A stretch of 64,000 nucleotides of DNA from Lingula anatina (taxonomy: Eukaryota; Animalia; Brachiopoda). The translations under genes were made by a program, and so were the position numbers. Below, one piece after another: positions 13,405-24,223 of this stretch (its first letter is position 1; every line of letters starts with the position of its first letter). A model generated the notes under the pieces. That model was given only the letters and a program-made list of their open reading frames with translations, was not told the origin of the DNA and ran no database searches. The stretch covers positions 18,542,848-18,606,847 of the forward strand of contig CM120643.1 in assembly GCA_051362555.1 (NCBI GenBank), written 5' to 3'.

Positions 13405-16400
13405 TCATTTTACATCCATTTGGCTACTTTGAAGTTTTTTATTCTTGGGTTTTAGTGGACTTTTCATAGCTTCATGTCTCTCTCTAATAAGGGAATTCTG
13501 GTTTTCTGCATTATCCTTGGCAAATTGAACTTCTTTATACAGCTCAACAACTCTTTCCTAAAAGGAGTGACAAGCACATTTATACCAAGTAAATATTTAT
13601 CTTTTTATTACTTGCTAATATTTTTTAAAAATCCAGTCTCTATTATAAACAAGGCAGCAAAGCTGTCAAATGTACAGACAAAAAACAGAAAATAAAGATG
13701 CAAAATAGGTCATTTTGTCAATTTTGATGCAATAATAAATAATGCTTATAATAACACAGTCAGTTAACACTGATTTTTAATCATGCACAACAGGTAACAT
13801 GCTCAATAACAGGAGCAGATCCAGAGGTATTTTCTGACAGTATTCCAAATTATATTTGTTGATCCATCCTACACTTTTGATGGTCTTCCAACAGAAAAAA
13901 ATTGATACCAGTCAATGTAAACTTTAAAATCTGACCGTCATCTGAAAGACCCAGAAGATGGCCTCAATCCACCCCTGCAATAAGATTACAGTTTCTGGAC
14001 TATGAGAGTTCAAATTCACATAATGAAAATCCCAATATTTGAAAAATGTTGACAGTGCATAAAATAATATTACATATTGTTTAAAGACATAAAAACGTAT
14101 GCAACTGCTTATGTGGAAATACAGAAAATCTGAAGAGCTTCAGGTGGATGGGAGTTGAAAATGCCAGTGTTTAGAAAAAAATTAAAAAGAAAACACAACA
14201 AAAAAAAATCCAATAAAGCTGCTATTCAAACTTTTAATCTTGCTGTATTAACATGATATGAATAATCCCAATGTGTTTGAGGATAATAAGGCACTGTTAT
14301 TCATCTATAGCATTAATGTTGGCATTACACAATTTTTTTTTTTTTTTTGTAAACTTATTTGCAATATTAAACATCATTTACCTGCATAATTATCACCAAT
14401 TCCTAATTATGTGACACAGTTAAGAGAGCTTAACCTATAGAAAATGGGTCATTTTGTCAATTTTGATGCAGTAATAAATAATGCTTATAATAACACAGTC
14501 AGTTAACACTGAATTTTAATCATGCACAACAGGTAACATGCTCAATAACAGGAGCAGATCCAGAGGTATTTTCTGACAGTATTCCAAATTATATTTGTTG
14601 ATCCATCCTACACTTTTGATGGTCTTCCAACAGAAAAAAATTGATACCAGTCAATGTAAACTTTAAAATCTGACCGTCATCTGAAAGACCCAGAAGATGG
14701 CCTCAATCCACCCCTGCAATAAGATTACAGTTTCTGGACCATGAGAGTTCAAATTCACATAATGAAAATCCCAATATTTGAAAAATGTTGACAGTGCATA
14801 AAATAATATTACATATTGTTTAAAGACATAAAAACCTATGCAACTGCTTATGTGGAAATACAGAAAATCTGAAGAGCTTCAGGTGGATGGGAGTTGAAAA
14901 TGCCTGTGTTTAGAAAAAAATTAAAAAGAAAACACAACAAAAAAAAATCCAATAAAGCTGCTATTCAAACTTTTAATCTTGCTGTATTAACATGATATGA
15001 ATAATCCCAATGTGTTTGAGGATAATAAGGCACTGTTATTCATCTATAGCATTAATGTTGGCATTACACAATTTTTTTTTTTTGTAAACTTATTTGCAAT
15101 AGTAAACAACATTTACCTGCATAATTATCACCAATTCCTAATTATGTGACACAGTTAAGAGAGCTTAACCTATAAGACTTGAATGGGAAATCTCAACGTG
15201 TGTTTTATGTAATCTTATTTAATGGGCACTTGAAAATCAATTAGGCAAGTAATTTTATAGCTCTGAATTTAGCTAGTGATTATCCCAAGGGACAATTACC
15301 ACCATCCATAAACAGTAGCCCCATATAGCACTCCATAGAGCTGCATTGCCTCCAAAACAGAAAACAATCACACTGATTTCCAACACAAGCTACACTTCAG
15401 TCCTATGAAACTTTTCAGTAAGTTAGAATATCATAAGTAAAATGGTTTTTCCTTAATGGTCATCCCAGCAGCGATGTCCAAAAAAGGGTTTTTTTCATCT
15501 TTTATGCAATTTAACATAATGCTTAACAGCACAATGGTCATCAATTTTTAATAATAAAGTAAATGTATCATAGCTATTCAAAAGATGTGACTAGCAATGG
15601 TATTCAAGCCAATGGAAGTTCAAAGACTAAGTCACACCTTGAAAATGTCCATATGTGAAAATTTTAATTGTAACAAAAAACTATAATGCTTAACAGCATA
15701 ATGACCATCAATTTTTAATAATGAAATAAAAGTATCATGGACATTCAGAAAAATTGATATGGAAAGGTCTTCAGGGCCATGGAAGTTCAGAGTCACAACT
15801 TCAAAATGCCAAAATGTACACAAGAGATAACTGTACTGAAATGAATTTCTTTCCACTTTCAACACTTTTTTTTACATATATATATATATATCAAAATAAT
15901 CAATTTACTGTCGTTTTTAAATGATCAACTAAGAAAGTTGTTGACATAGGAAAAATATCAATAGAAAAATTATAAATGTCCAATTTGTTCCATTCTGAGA
16001 TTCTGAACATGGTGAATAATTGAATCTGACAAACTGTTAAAGATATGAGTTTATTTCCATTTTTGACACTTTATTACACAATGCACAATAACAGGTTTAC
16101 CATCATTTTTATATAATCAACTAACAATATTGTTAAGATGCAGAAAATGTCAAAAGAACACCTTTACATTACTAATTAGTTCACAAATGAGATTCTTAAC
16201 ATGCCTATGAATTAAATCCGAGGAAAAAAGACTTATATACAAAAAAAGGCACAATTTCACCAAAACTGAACCGATCAAGCTTATTTTCGAACCTCATCTT
16301 AATTTTAGTAAATCTGATCACCCCTGTGAATTTCAAGACGATTGGCCAATTGATTTTCCTTGAAATATGTTATCAGTGTTGCACATATGCTGAAATAGTG

Positions 16401-19400
16401 AAAAAACAGCATAACTTCCATAAAAATGGCCCGATCAGGCTGATTTTCAAACTTGACCTGCGTATTATGAAAATTCATCATTTCAGTAAGTTTCAAGCCA
16501 AAAGGTAAAACGGTTTTTCACTTATCGTGTTATCGGTGTTGCATTTATGCTGAAAAAAATGAAAAAACAGCATAAATTCCCTATAAGTGACCCGATCATG
16601 CTGATTTTCGAACTTGACCTGCGTATTATGAATATTCATCAGTTCTGTAAGTTTGAAACCAAAAGGTAAAATGGTTTTCCACTTATCGTGTTATCGGTGC
16701 TGCATATATGCTGAAAAAAGTGAAAAAACAGCATAACTACCCAAAAAATGACCCGATCATGCTGATTTTCGAACTTGACCTGCGTATTATGAATATTCAT
16801 CAGTTTTGTAAGTTTCAAGGGAAAAGGTAAAATGGTTTTCCACTTATCGTGTTATCGGTGCTGCATATATGCTGAAACAAGACAGCACTGTTCTGCAATT
16901 GGTTTACTTCCATTTTTAAAACACTTTTTTAACATAAAACAAAACTAGAGGATCAGAGAGGCGATACCGCCTCCGAATATTGTACCACCAGCTGGAGCAA
17001 GTGCATTCGTATAGACCCCCACATACACAAAAGAAGGGACACAGCCACCAGTCTTATGCTTGACAAGCTGTAAAAATGCAATCAACAAGAATTTTCAAAA
17101 TATGCAAAAAAATATATATAACTTAAAATGGTACAATCAAAGTTAAGTTCATTGTAGGGTAGGTCAAAGGTCAATTTCAAGGTCACAGTAAATTGCCAGT
17201 ATATGGCTTCATATTCAACTTTAATGGTAACTATGGACCTATCTCTGCCAGGTTTGGAGTTAAAAGAGAAAGAAATTTGCAAAGTTCAGTTCATAGTGAA
17301 AAGTAGGTCAAAGGTCAATTTCAAGGTCACACTTAGATTGCCAGTATATGACTTTCCATGCAAGTTCAATAGAAACTATGGACCTATCTCTGCCAGTTTT
17401 GGAGATAAAAGGGAACCAAAATTTGCAAAATTCAATTCATGATAAAAAGTAGGTCAAAGGTCAATTTCAAGGTCACACTTAGATTGCCAGTATATGACTT
17501 TCCATGCAAGTTCAATAGAAACTATGGACCTATCTCTGACTTCCTATTCAAGTTCAATAGTAACTATGGACCTATCTCTGCCAGTTTTGTAGATAAAAGG
17601 GAAAAAAATATGCAAAGTTCAGTTCATGGTGAAAAGTAGGTCAAAGGTCAATTTCAAGGTCACATTTAGATTGCCAGTATATGACTTCCTATTCAACTTC
17701 AATAGTAACTATGGACCTATCTCTGCCAGTTTTGGAGATATAAGGGACTATATGTTTTAATTTTGGAGTTACCATAATGTGCCATAAATTTCCTACAGAA
17801 AAAATTAATTAAAATAAAGAAAAGGTCATTTTGGTAAAAATTCTTGAAATAAGAGGTGCTCTGAAGTTCCAGATGTTCAAATTTGATGAAATAATGTCAT
17901 TTTTGACCACAAGTTGTCTGCTTTGCCAAGCCTTATGTTTTATGTTTCCGGAGTTCAAAATTTATTATCCATTACCGTACTGCACATTTTGCTTTCACCA
18001 CCAATATGTGCCAGTATATGACTTCCTATTCAAGTTCAATAAAAACTATGGACCTATCTCTGCCAGTTTTGGAGATAAAAGGGAAGCAAAATTTGCAACG
18101 TTCAGTTCATGGTGAAAAGTAGGTCAAAGGTCAATTTCAAGGTCACAGTAAGATTGCCAGTATATGACTTCCTATTCAAGTTTAATAGTAATTATGGACC
18201 TATCTCTGCCAGTTTTGGAGATAAAAGGGAACCAAAATTTGCAAAGTTCAATTCATGATAAAAAGTAGGTCAAAGGTCAATTTCAAGGTCGAATTTAGAT
18301 TGCCAGTATATGACTTCCTATTCAACTTCAATAGTAACTATGGACCTATCTCTGCCAGGTTTGGAGTTAAAAGAGAAAGAAATTAGCAGAGTTCAGTTCA
18401 TGGTGAAAAGTAGGTCAAAGGTCAATTTCAAGGTCACATTTAGATTGCCAGTATATGACTTCCTATTCAACTTCAATAGTAACTATGGACCTATCTCTGG
18501 CAGTTTTGGAGATAAAAGGGAAGCAAAATTTGCAAAGTTCAGTTCATGGTGAAAAGTAGGTCAAAGGTCAATTTCAAGGTCACATTTAGATTGCCAGTAT
18601 ATGACTTCCTATTCAACTTCAATAGTAACTATGGACCTATCTCTGCCAGTTTTGGAGATAAAAGGGAAGCAAAATTTGCAAAGTTCAGTTCATGGTGAAA
18701 AGTAGGTCAAAGGTCAATTTCAAGGTCACAATTAGATTGCCAGTATATGACTTCATATTCAAGTTCAATAGAAGCTATGGACCTATCTCTGCCAGTTTTG
18801 GAGATAAAAGGGAAGCAAAATTTGCAAAGTTTAATTCATGGTGAAAAGTAGGTCAAAGGTCAATTTCAAGGTCACATTTAGATTGCCAGTATATGACTTC
18901 CTATTCAACTTCAATAGTAACTATGGACCTATCTCTGCCAGGTTTGGAGTTAAAAGAGAAAGAAATTAGCAGAGTTCAGTTCATAGTGAAAAGTAGGTCA
19001 AAGGTCAATTTCAAGGTCACATTTAGATTGCCAGTATATGACTTCCTATTCAACTTCAATAGTAACTATGGACCTATCTCTGCCAGTTTTGGAGATAAAA
19101 GGGAAGCAAAATTTGCAAAGTTCAGTTCATGGTGAAAAGTAGGTCAAAGGTCAATTTCAAGGTCACATTTAGATTGCCAGTATATGACTTCCTATTCAAC
19201 TTCAATAGAAACTATGGACCTATCTCTGCCAGTTTTGGAGATAAAAGGGAAGCAAAATTTGCAAAGTTCAATTCATGGTGAAAAGTAGGTCAAAGGTCAA
19301 TTTCAAGGTCACATTTAGATTGCCAGTATATGACTTCCTATTCAACTTCAATAGTAACTATAGACCTATCTCTGCCAGTTTTGGAGATATAAGGGACTAA

Positions 19401-22400
19401 ATGTTATAATTTTGGAGTTACCTTAATGTGCCATAAATTTCCTACAGAAAAAATTAATTAAAATAAAGAAAAGGTCATTTTGGTCGAAATTCTTGAAATG
19501 GGAGGTGCTCTGAAGTTCCAGAAGTTCAAATTTGATGAAATAATGTCATTTTTGACCACAAGTTGTCTGCTTTGCCAAGCCTTATGTTTTATTTTTCCAG
19601 AGTTCAAAATTTATTATCCATTACCGTACTGCACATTTTGCTTTCACCACCAATATGTACTTTTTGACACAGCGTAGCTCGAAAACCGTATGGAATACAA
19701 AAAAACGGAGACCACCCCCAGTGTTGGGCTTTACATGCTCTACAAAATGCAAAAAAGAATGGGTCTCTAGCATTAACGGTCCCCGAATTAGAGACAGTTT
19801 TCAGTTTCGGTATCTTATGGCCGCTACTCCCATTAAAATGCACCGATTGAACCCAAATTCACGGAGATGAAAGATGACCTGAAGGGTATCATTTTCCAAT
19901 AATATTATTGGTTAAGTCTGTGTGGTGTCTGAATAACAGCGCAAATAATTTTTTTTTCGTAAAAAAATTCATTTTTTTGAAAAATTTGGTCTGTTTGACC
20001 TTGAAATAAAGGTCAAAGGTCAAATCCAAGGGCATATTTGAAATCTACACATATGACTTTTGGAAAGCCGTCTGTAGAAATTTTTCCCATAATTCCTTCC
20101 GTAGGGTAGATAATTAGCATTTAATTTTGCCATTTTTGGACAAGGGTGCATTGCAATGAATGCCACACCTAGACCCCAATACCGACAAAGCCCAAATTTT
20201 ACGTGGAACGAGTTGAGATTATAGGTGACCTAAATCCAAGAGATGGGTATGGGGGCCCTTACCGTCTAGGAGGAGAAGCGGTAACGGTAACATGGCGGCG
20301 GAGCCGGCGGAGCCGCAGGAGCCGGCGGAACGGACCGGACGGGACTAAAACCATGTGTACCGCCAGCACTAACGCTGGTGGTACAATAAACAGTTTTCTA
20401 CCATTTGTATATGATCAACTAAGAAAATTGATGAGATGGGAAAAATATCAATAGAACAGTGTTAAATGTCCAATTTCCTCCATTCTGAGATAATGAATAT
20501 AGTAGATGATTGAATCTGACAAACTGCAATGATATTGGTTTATTTCCATTTTTGACACTTTATAACATAATACACAATAACAAGTTTACCATCATTTTTA
20601 CATAATCAACTAACAATGTTATTAAGATGCAGGAAATGTCAAACAAACACTTTTACGTATCTTATTAGTTCAATAATGAGACTGTTAATATGCCTAACAA
20701 TTGAATCTGAGGAAATGTGAAAAAACAGCATAACTTCTAAAAGAATGGCCCGATTATGCTGATTTTGGAACTGAACCTGCGTTTTTTAGTTAGTTTGACT
20801 ACTCCTGTGAGTATAATGACAATTGGCCTATCTGTTTTTCTTATATTGTGTTATTAGCGTTGCATATATGTTGAAAGAAGTGAAAAAACAGCATAACATC
20901 CCTAAAAATGGCCCGATCATGCTGATTTTCAAACTTGACCTGCGTATTTTGAATATTCATCAGTTTTGTAAGTTTCAAGCCAAAAGGTAAAATGGTTTTC
21001 CATTTATGGTGTTATCGGTGCTGCATATACGCTGAAAAAAGAGAAAAAATAGCCTAAATTCACTAAAAATGACCCAATCACGCTGATTTTCGAACTTGAC
21101 CTGCGTATTATGAATATTCATCAGTTTTGTAAGTTTCAAGCCAAAAGGTAAAATGGTTTTCCACTTATCGTGTTATCGGTGCTGCATATATGCTGAAAAA
21201 AGTGAAAAAACAGCATAAATTCCCTATAAGTGACCCGATCATGCTGATTTTCGAACTTGACCTGCGTATTATGAATATTCATCAGTTCTGTAAGTTTCAA
21301 GCCAAAAGGTAAAATGATTTTCCACTTATCGTGTTATCGGTGCTGCATATATGCTGAAAAAAGTGAAAAAACAGCATAAATTCCCTATAAGTGACCCGAT
21401 CATGCTGATTTTCGAACTTGACCTGCGTATTATGAATATTCATTAGTTCTGTAAGTTTCAAGCCAAAAGGTAAAATGATTTTCCACTTATCGTGTTATCG
21501 GTGCTGCATATATGCTGAAAAAAGTGAAAAAACAGCATAAGTTCCCTATAAGTGACCCGATCATGCTGATTTTCGAACTTGACCTGCGTATTACGAATAT
21601 TCATCAGTTCTGTAAGTTTCAAGCCAAAAGAAAAAACAGTTTTCCACTTATCGTGTTATCGGTAAAAGTGCACGGCGACGGCGACGACGGCGACGGCGAC
21701 GGCGACGACAGACGCAGATGATGGCTATATGTACAGACACATCTGTGTCTGTACATAAAAATCAATCCATCTTCTGGCAGTGCCAAACAACACTGGTTGC
21801 AAACTAAGCCTGTGTAACAGTGTGTTCAGATTCAAACATCGTACCAGCAGGATCGATCCATCTCAACAGGAGATTCTCGCTTAATATTTTCAGTGTAATT
21901 AGCTTAATTGTCTGACATGGCTCCTGGATGGCTAGGAGCCGGGCAATCAACTTTCATGTGCATTCAGCTTAATTACCCCCTAGAAACTTGAGGAGGCATG
22001 TCAGACATTTATGTCAATTACAGTGATTGCACTTAGGGAGAATTCCTCGCAGAGTTTGATTAATCCAGCTAGTTTATCTGAAATAACCACTCCCTTAATA
22101 ATAAGACCTCAGGGAATAAAAGTACTTACAGCAAGTTTTCTTTCTTTCATCCTTTTCCTTACTTGGGTCCCCGACAAGGGCGCAGGCCTTCCATCTGTAA
22201 AAAAGGTGACTTTTTCAGAAAAAGGGGATGTAGATATACAGCTACAACTTATAATGGCATTGCATTATTTGTACTGTACTGTACTGAACATCATTCTAAA
22301 TTAATCAATGACATTTCATTTGTGTATTAATTGACTCACCTGCAAACGACCAATCTGGCAAGTTTTTCAATGGCCCATCAGTATTGTAGTCACCATCCAG

Positions 22401-23176
22401 CCCTTGTCTGAAGAAATATTATACAATTATACAAAAGAGAAGGTCATATTTTTTTCCTTAATTTTTTGGTTTCAATTAATTATTTTAAACTGTTTGTTTA
22501 AGTATGTAAACATGTACGGATCTTGCCCTTGCATTACCTTGCTTTACTCACTTTTCTCTCCACTTCCCTCCAACTGCAACCACTGGGCTTCCATGGATTG
22601 ACTTAGCAGGCAGAACTGTGCATCTTCCACACAGAAACAGATCTGGAATATCAACATAAGATTAATCACTCAGCCTCATCTACCGGTAAAAATTATGATC
22701 AAATAGCTGTAAGTGCAAGTATAATAAAAACTAATAAGAAGTTGTCATAAACATGTACTAGTATATGTATAACTTGTGCCAAAATAAGAGGTATCACTCA
22801 GCCTCATCTGCAGGTGAAATGACCAAACAGCTGTTACTGCAAGTACAATAACAACTGATATGCAGTTCTCATGAACATATATAAAACTTGTCCCAATTTT
22901 TCCTGTCGATTGTGCTACAATATCCAAATAGTTAATAATTGCGACCCCTCCCCCCCCCCTCCGTTCACCCCCTTTCCACATGTGATCCCAGCAAGGCGAA
23001 AACATTATGAATCATGTTAAAGTTCCTTCTCAAATAATAAAACAAGAATCAACACAATGCAGTCAGGAAACACAGTTGACCCTAATACTGTTTCTCAAGT
23101 ACAATACATGAGTATAAATAGATTGTTTGTAAGAAATAATATTACCTGATATCGTTCTCCTGAGTGCAGCCATCAT
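13405..23176 (-). CDS. MRPL52: Mitochondrial ribosomal protein L52 (mL52), 5 exons
   Basis: Exons 23176-23146, 22642-22552, 22407-22340, 22194-22130 and 13557-13405 are all GT-AG and phase-consistent. They give MMAALRRTISDLFLCG...GGKWREKQGLDGDYNTDGPLKNLPDWSFADGRPAPLSGTQVRKRMKERKLAERVVELYKEV...LKPKNKK. The GPL..LPDWS.ADGRPAP motif is diagnostic of mL52. The ORF track missed this gene. Confidence 0.92.
13702..15174. repeat. Near-perfect tandem duplication, ~739-bp unit x2
   Basis: 13702-14440 and 14441-15174 are almost identical, differing by a few SNPs and poly-T length. Confidence 0.95.
16390..16880. repeat. 161-bp satellite-like array, left block (3 copies)
   Basis: TTGACCTGCGTATTATGAA recurs at 16453, 16614 and 16775. 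Confidence 0.9.
16945..20390 (-). mobile_element. Inner nested HINE/DINE-1-like element, ~3.4 kb
   Basis: SubTIRs ATTGTACCACCAGC (16979-16992) and GCTGGTGGTACAAT (20374-20387). The latter also pairs with TGTACCGCCAGC (20356-20367) as a hairpin, next to a GGCGGAGCC microsatellite. The other end has the palindrome GAGGCG-atac-CGCCTC (16958-16973) and terminates CTAG followed by a T-run on the minus strand. It interrupts a repeat unit of the outer element. Confidence 0.85.
17150..19395. repeat. 145-146-bp satellite array (~13 monomers) inside the inner HINE
   Basis: AGGTCAAAGGTCAATTTCAAGGTC recurs at 18121, 18267, 18412, 18558, 18704, 18850, 18995, 19141 and 19287, plus four copies at 17161-17650. 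A ~265-bp non-satellite block is duplicated (17745-18010 / 19395-19660). Confidence 0.93.
20870..21662. repeat. 161-bp satellite-like array, right block (5 copies)
   Basis: The same monomer as 16390-16880, at 20935, 21096, 21257, 21418 and 21579. Confidence 0.92.
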
Positions 23177-23179
23177 GTT

Positions 23180-23282
23180 TATGGTCGGTGCGTCACTGCG
23201 CGTGCGAACTAGGCCAAACAGCAAAACTTCCGGTTTAGCTGCTGAGGAAATAGAAAGTGGACTGAAATTTTCTATCGTAAGT
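23180..23282. promoter_or_regulatory. Probable bidirectional promoter MRPL52 / RIPK-like, with a putative non-coding RIPK first exon
   Basis: CpG-rich patch immediately upstream of the MRPL52 ATG. It contains an NRF1-like TGCGCGTGCG (23197-23206), ETS ACTTCCGG (23226-23233), ISRE-like AGGAAATAGAAAGT (23245-23258), and a plus-strand donor GTAAGT at 23277 that could pair with acceptor ttgactttAG at 24180. Confidence 0.5.
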
Positions 23283-23411
23283 TTTGTGTCTTTATTATAA
23301 ATGAACACTCTTGCAGATTTTGTTTTACAACTAGAATGCTACATAGATTTAGAGCACACGCCCTTTTTCTTGTTTTATGAAGGGATTTTTGTAGAAATTA
23401 TTTAACTAAAT

Positions 23412-23438
23412 GGGAAAATCCCGAGCGGGGAAAATCCC
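23412..23438 (+). promoter_or_regulatory. Tandem kappaB (Rel/NF-kB)-like sites
   Basis: GGGAAAATCCC at 23412-23422 and again at 23428-23438, two identical 11-mers 16 bp apart, upstream of the RIPK-like CDS. Confidence 0.55.
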
Positions 23439-23443
23439 AATTA

Positions 23444-23984
23444 TACCCCCCCACCCTGTAACTTCCTGAAACTTTCATTTTTCAAACATTTTTTTACATT
23501 GTCTTTTTCACCTATGTCAAAACTGTTGAAATAAAATGTTTTTGTAATTACCTGTGGTCTTTTTGTTAGTTTTAATCACGTTTAATCCACTCCATTGAAA
23601 TACAATGTGAAAATTTACAATGTACCCGCAGTCAATAACTTGCCGCGTTTTCGTTGGCTAACTCTACCTTATTTTATGTGAACATAGGATTGATACATTG
23701 TATACTTGGACTTTCTCTGTGAAATTATTATGAGCTACTTGTTCACATAAAATTACCTTTGAGTTAGCCAACGAAAACGCGGCAAGTTATTGACTGCGGG
23801 TGTAAATTGAAGATTCTAACTTTGTATTTCAATGGGCTGGATTAAACGTGATTAAAACAAATAAAAAGTCCACAGGTAATTACAAAAGCATTTTATTTCA
23901 ACAGCTTTGACATACATGAACAAGAAAATGTAAAAAACTGTTTGAAAAGTGAAAGTTACAGAAAGTTACAGGGTGGGGGGGGTA
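23444..23984. mobile_element. Foldback MITE with ~250-bp inverted arms, TA target duplication (Tc1/mariner-type)
   Basis: TACCCCCCCACCCTGTAACTT... pairs with ...AAGTTACAGGGTGGGGGGGTA. The inner arms ACCCGCAGTCAATAACTTGCCGCGTTTTCGTTGGCTAACTC and GAGTTAGCCAACGAAAACGCGGCAAGTTATTGACTGCGGGT are perfect complements. Flanked by TA on both sides. Confidence 0.88.
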
Positions 23985-24223
23985 TACTACAAAAGTACCC
24001 AATTAATTGGGTGCCATTTAAATTTCGTCAGTGACGATCGAGTGACTTTAACAAACTAGTTTATTTATATATTTTAAAGTGCTATTTAAATGTATTCTAA
24101 AAGAAGTTATGCATTATTTTTAATCAGGAAAATATTATTGGTGTTTAATTGAGTCGATATAATTAACATCTTGACTTTAGATACTGGTTAATGGAGGGCA
24201 ATGTGTAATGACATGAACAACCC

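Larger units (their letters stand above)
13648..21760 (-). mobile_element. Outer non-autonomous Helentron-associated element (HINE/DINE-1-like), ~8.1 kb including its insert
   Basis: Subterminal inverted repeats ATGTACAGACA (13670-13680) and TGTCTGTACAT (21746-21756). The right end forms a perfect hairpin, TATGTACAGACACA-tc-TGTGTCTGTACATA (21728-21757), next to a (CGGCGA)n microsatellite. The left end has a short hairpin GGCAGC-aaa-GCTGTC. It has internal tandem arrays and A/T-run flanks. Confidence 0.75.

Noticed and set aside
16300-21721. Recurrent 60-95 aa ORFs in the satellite arrays
   Set aside because: Translations of tandem monomers with no domain signal.
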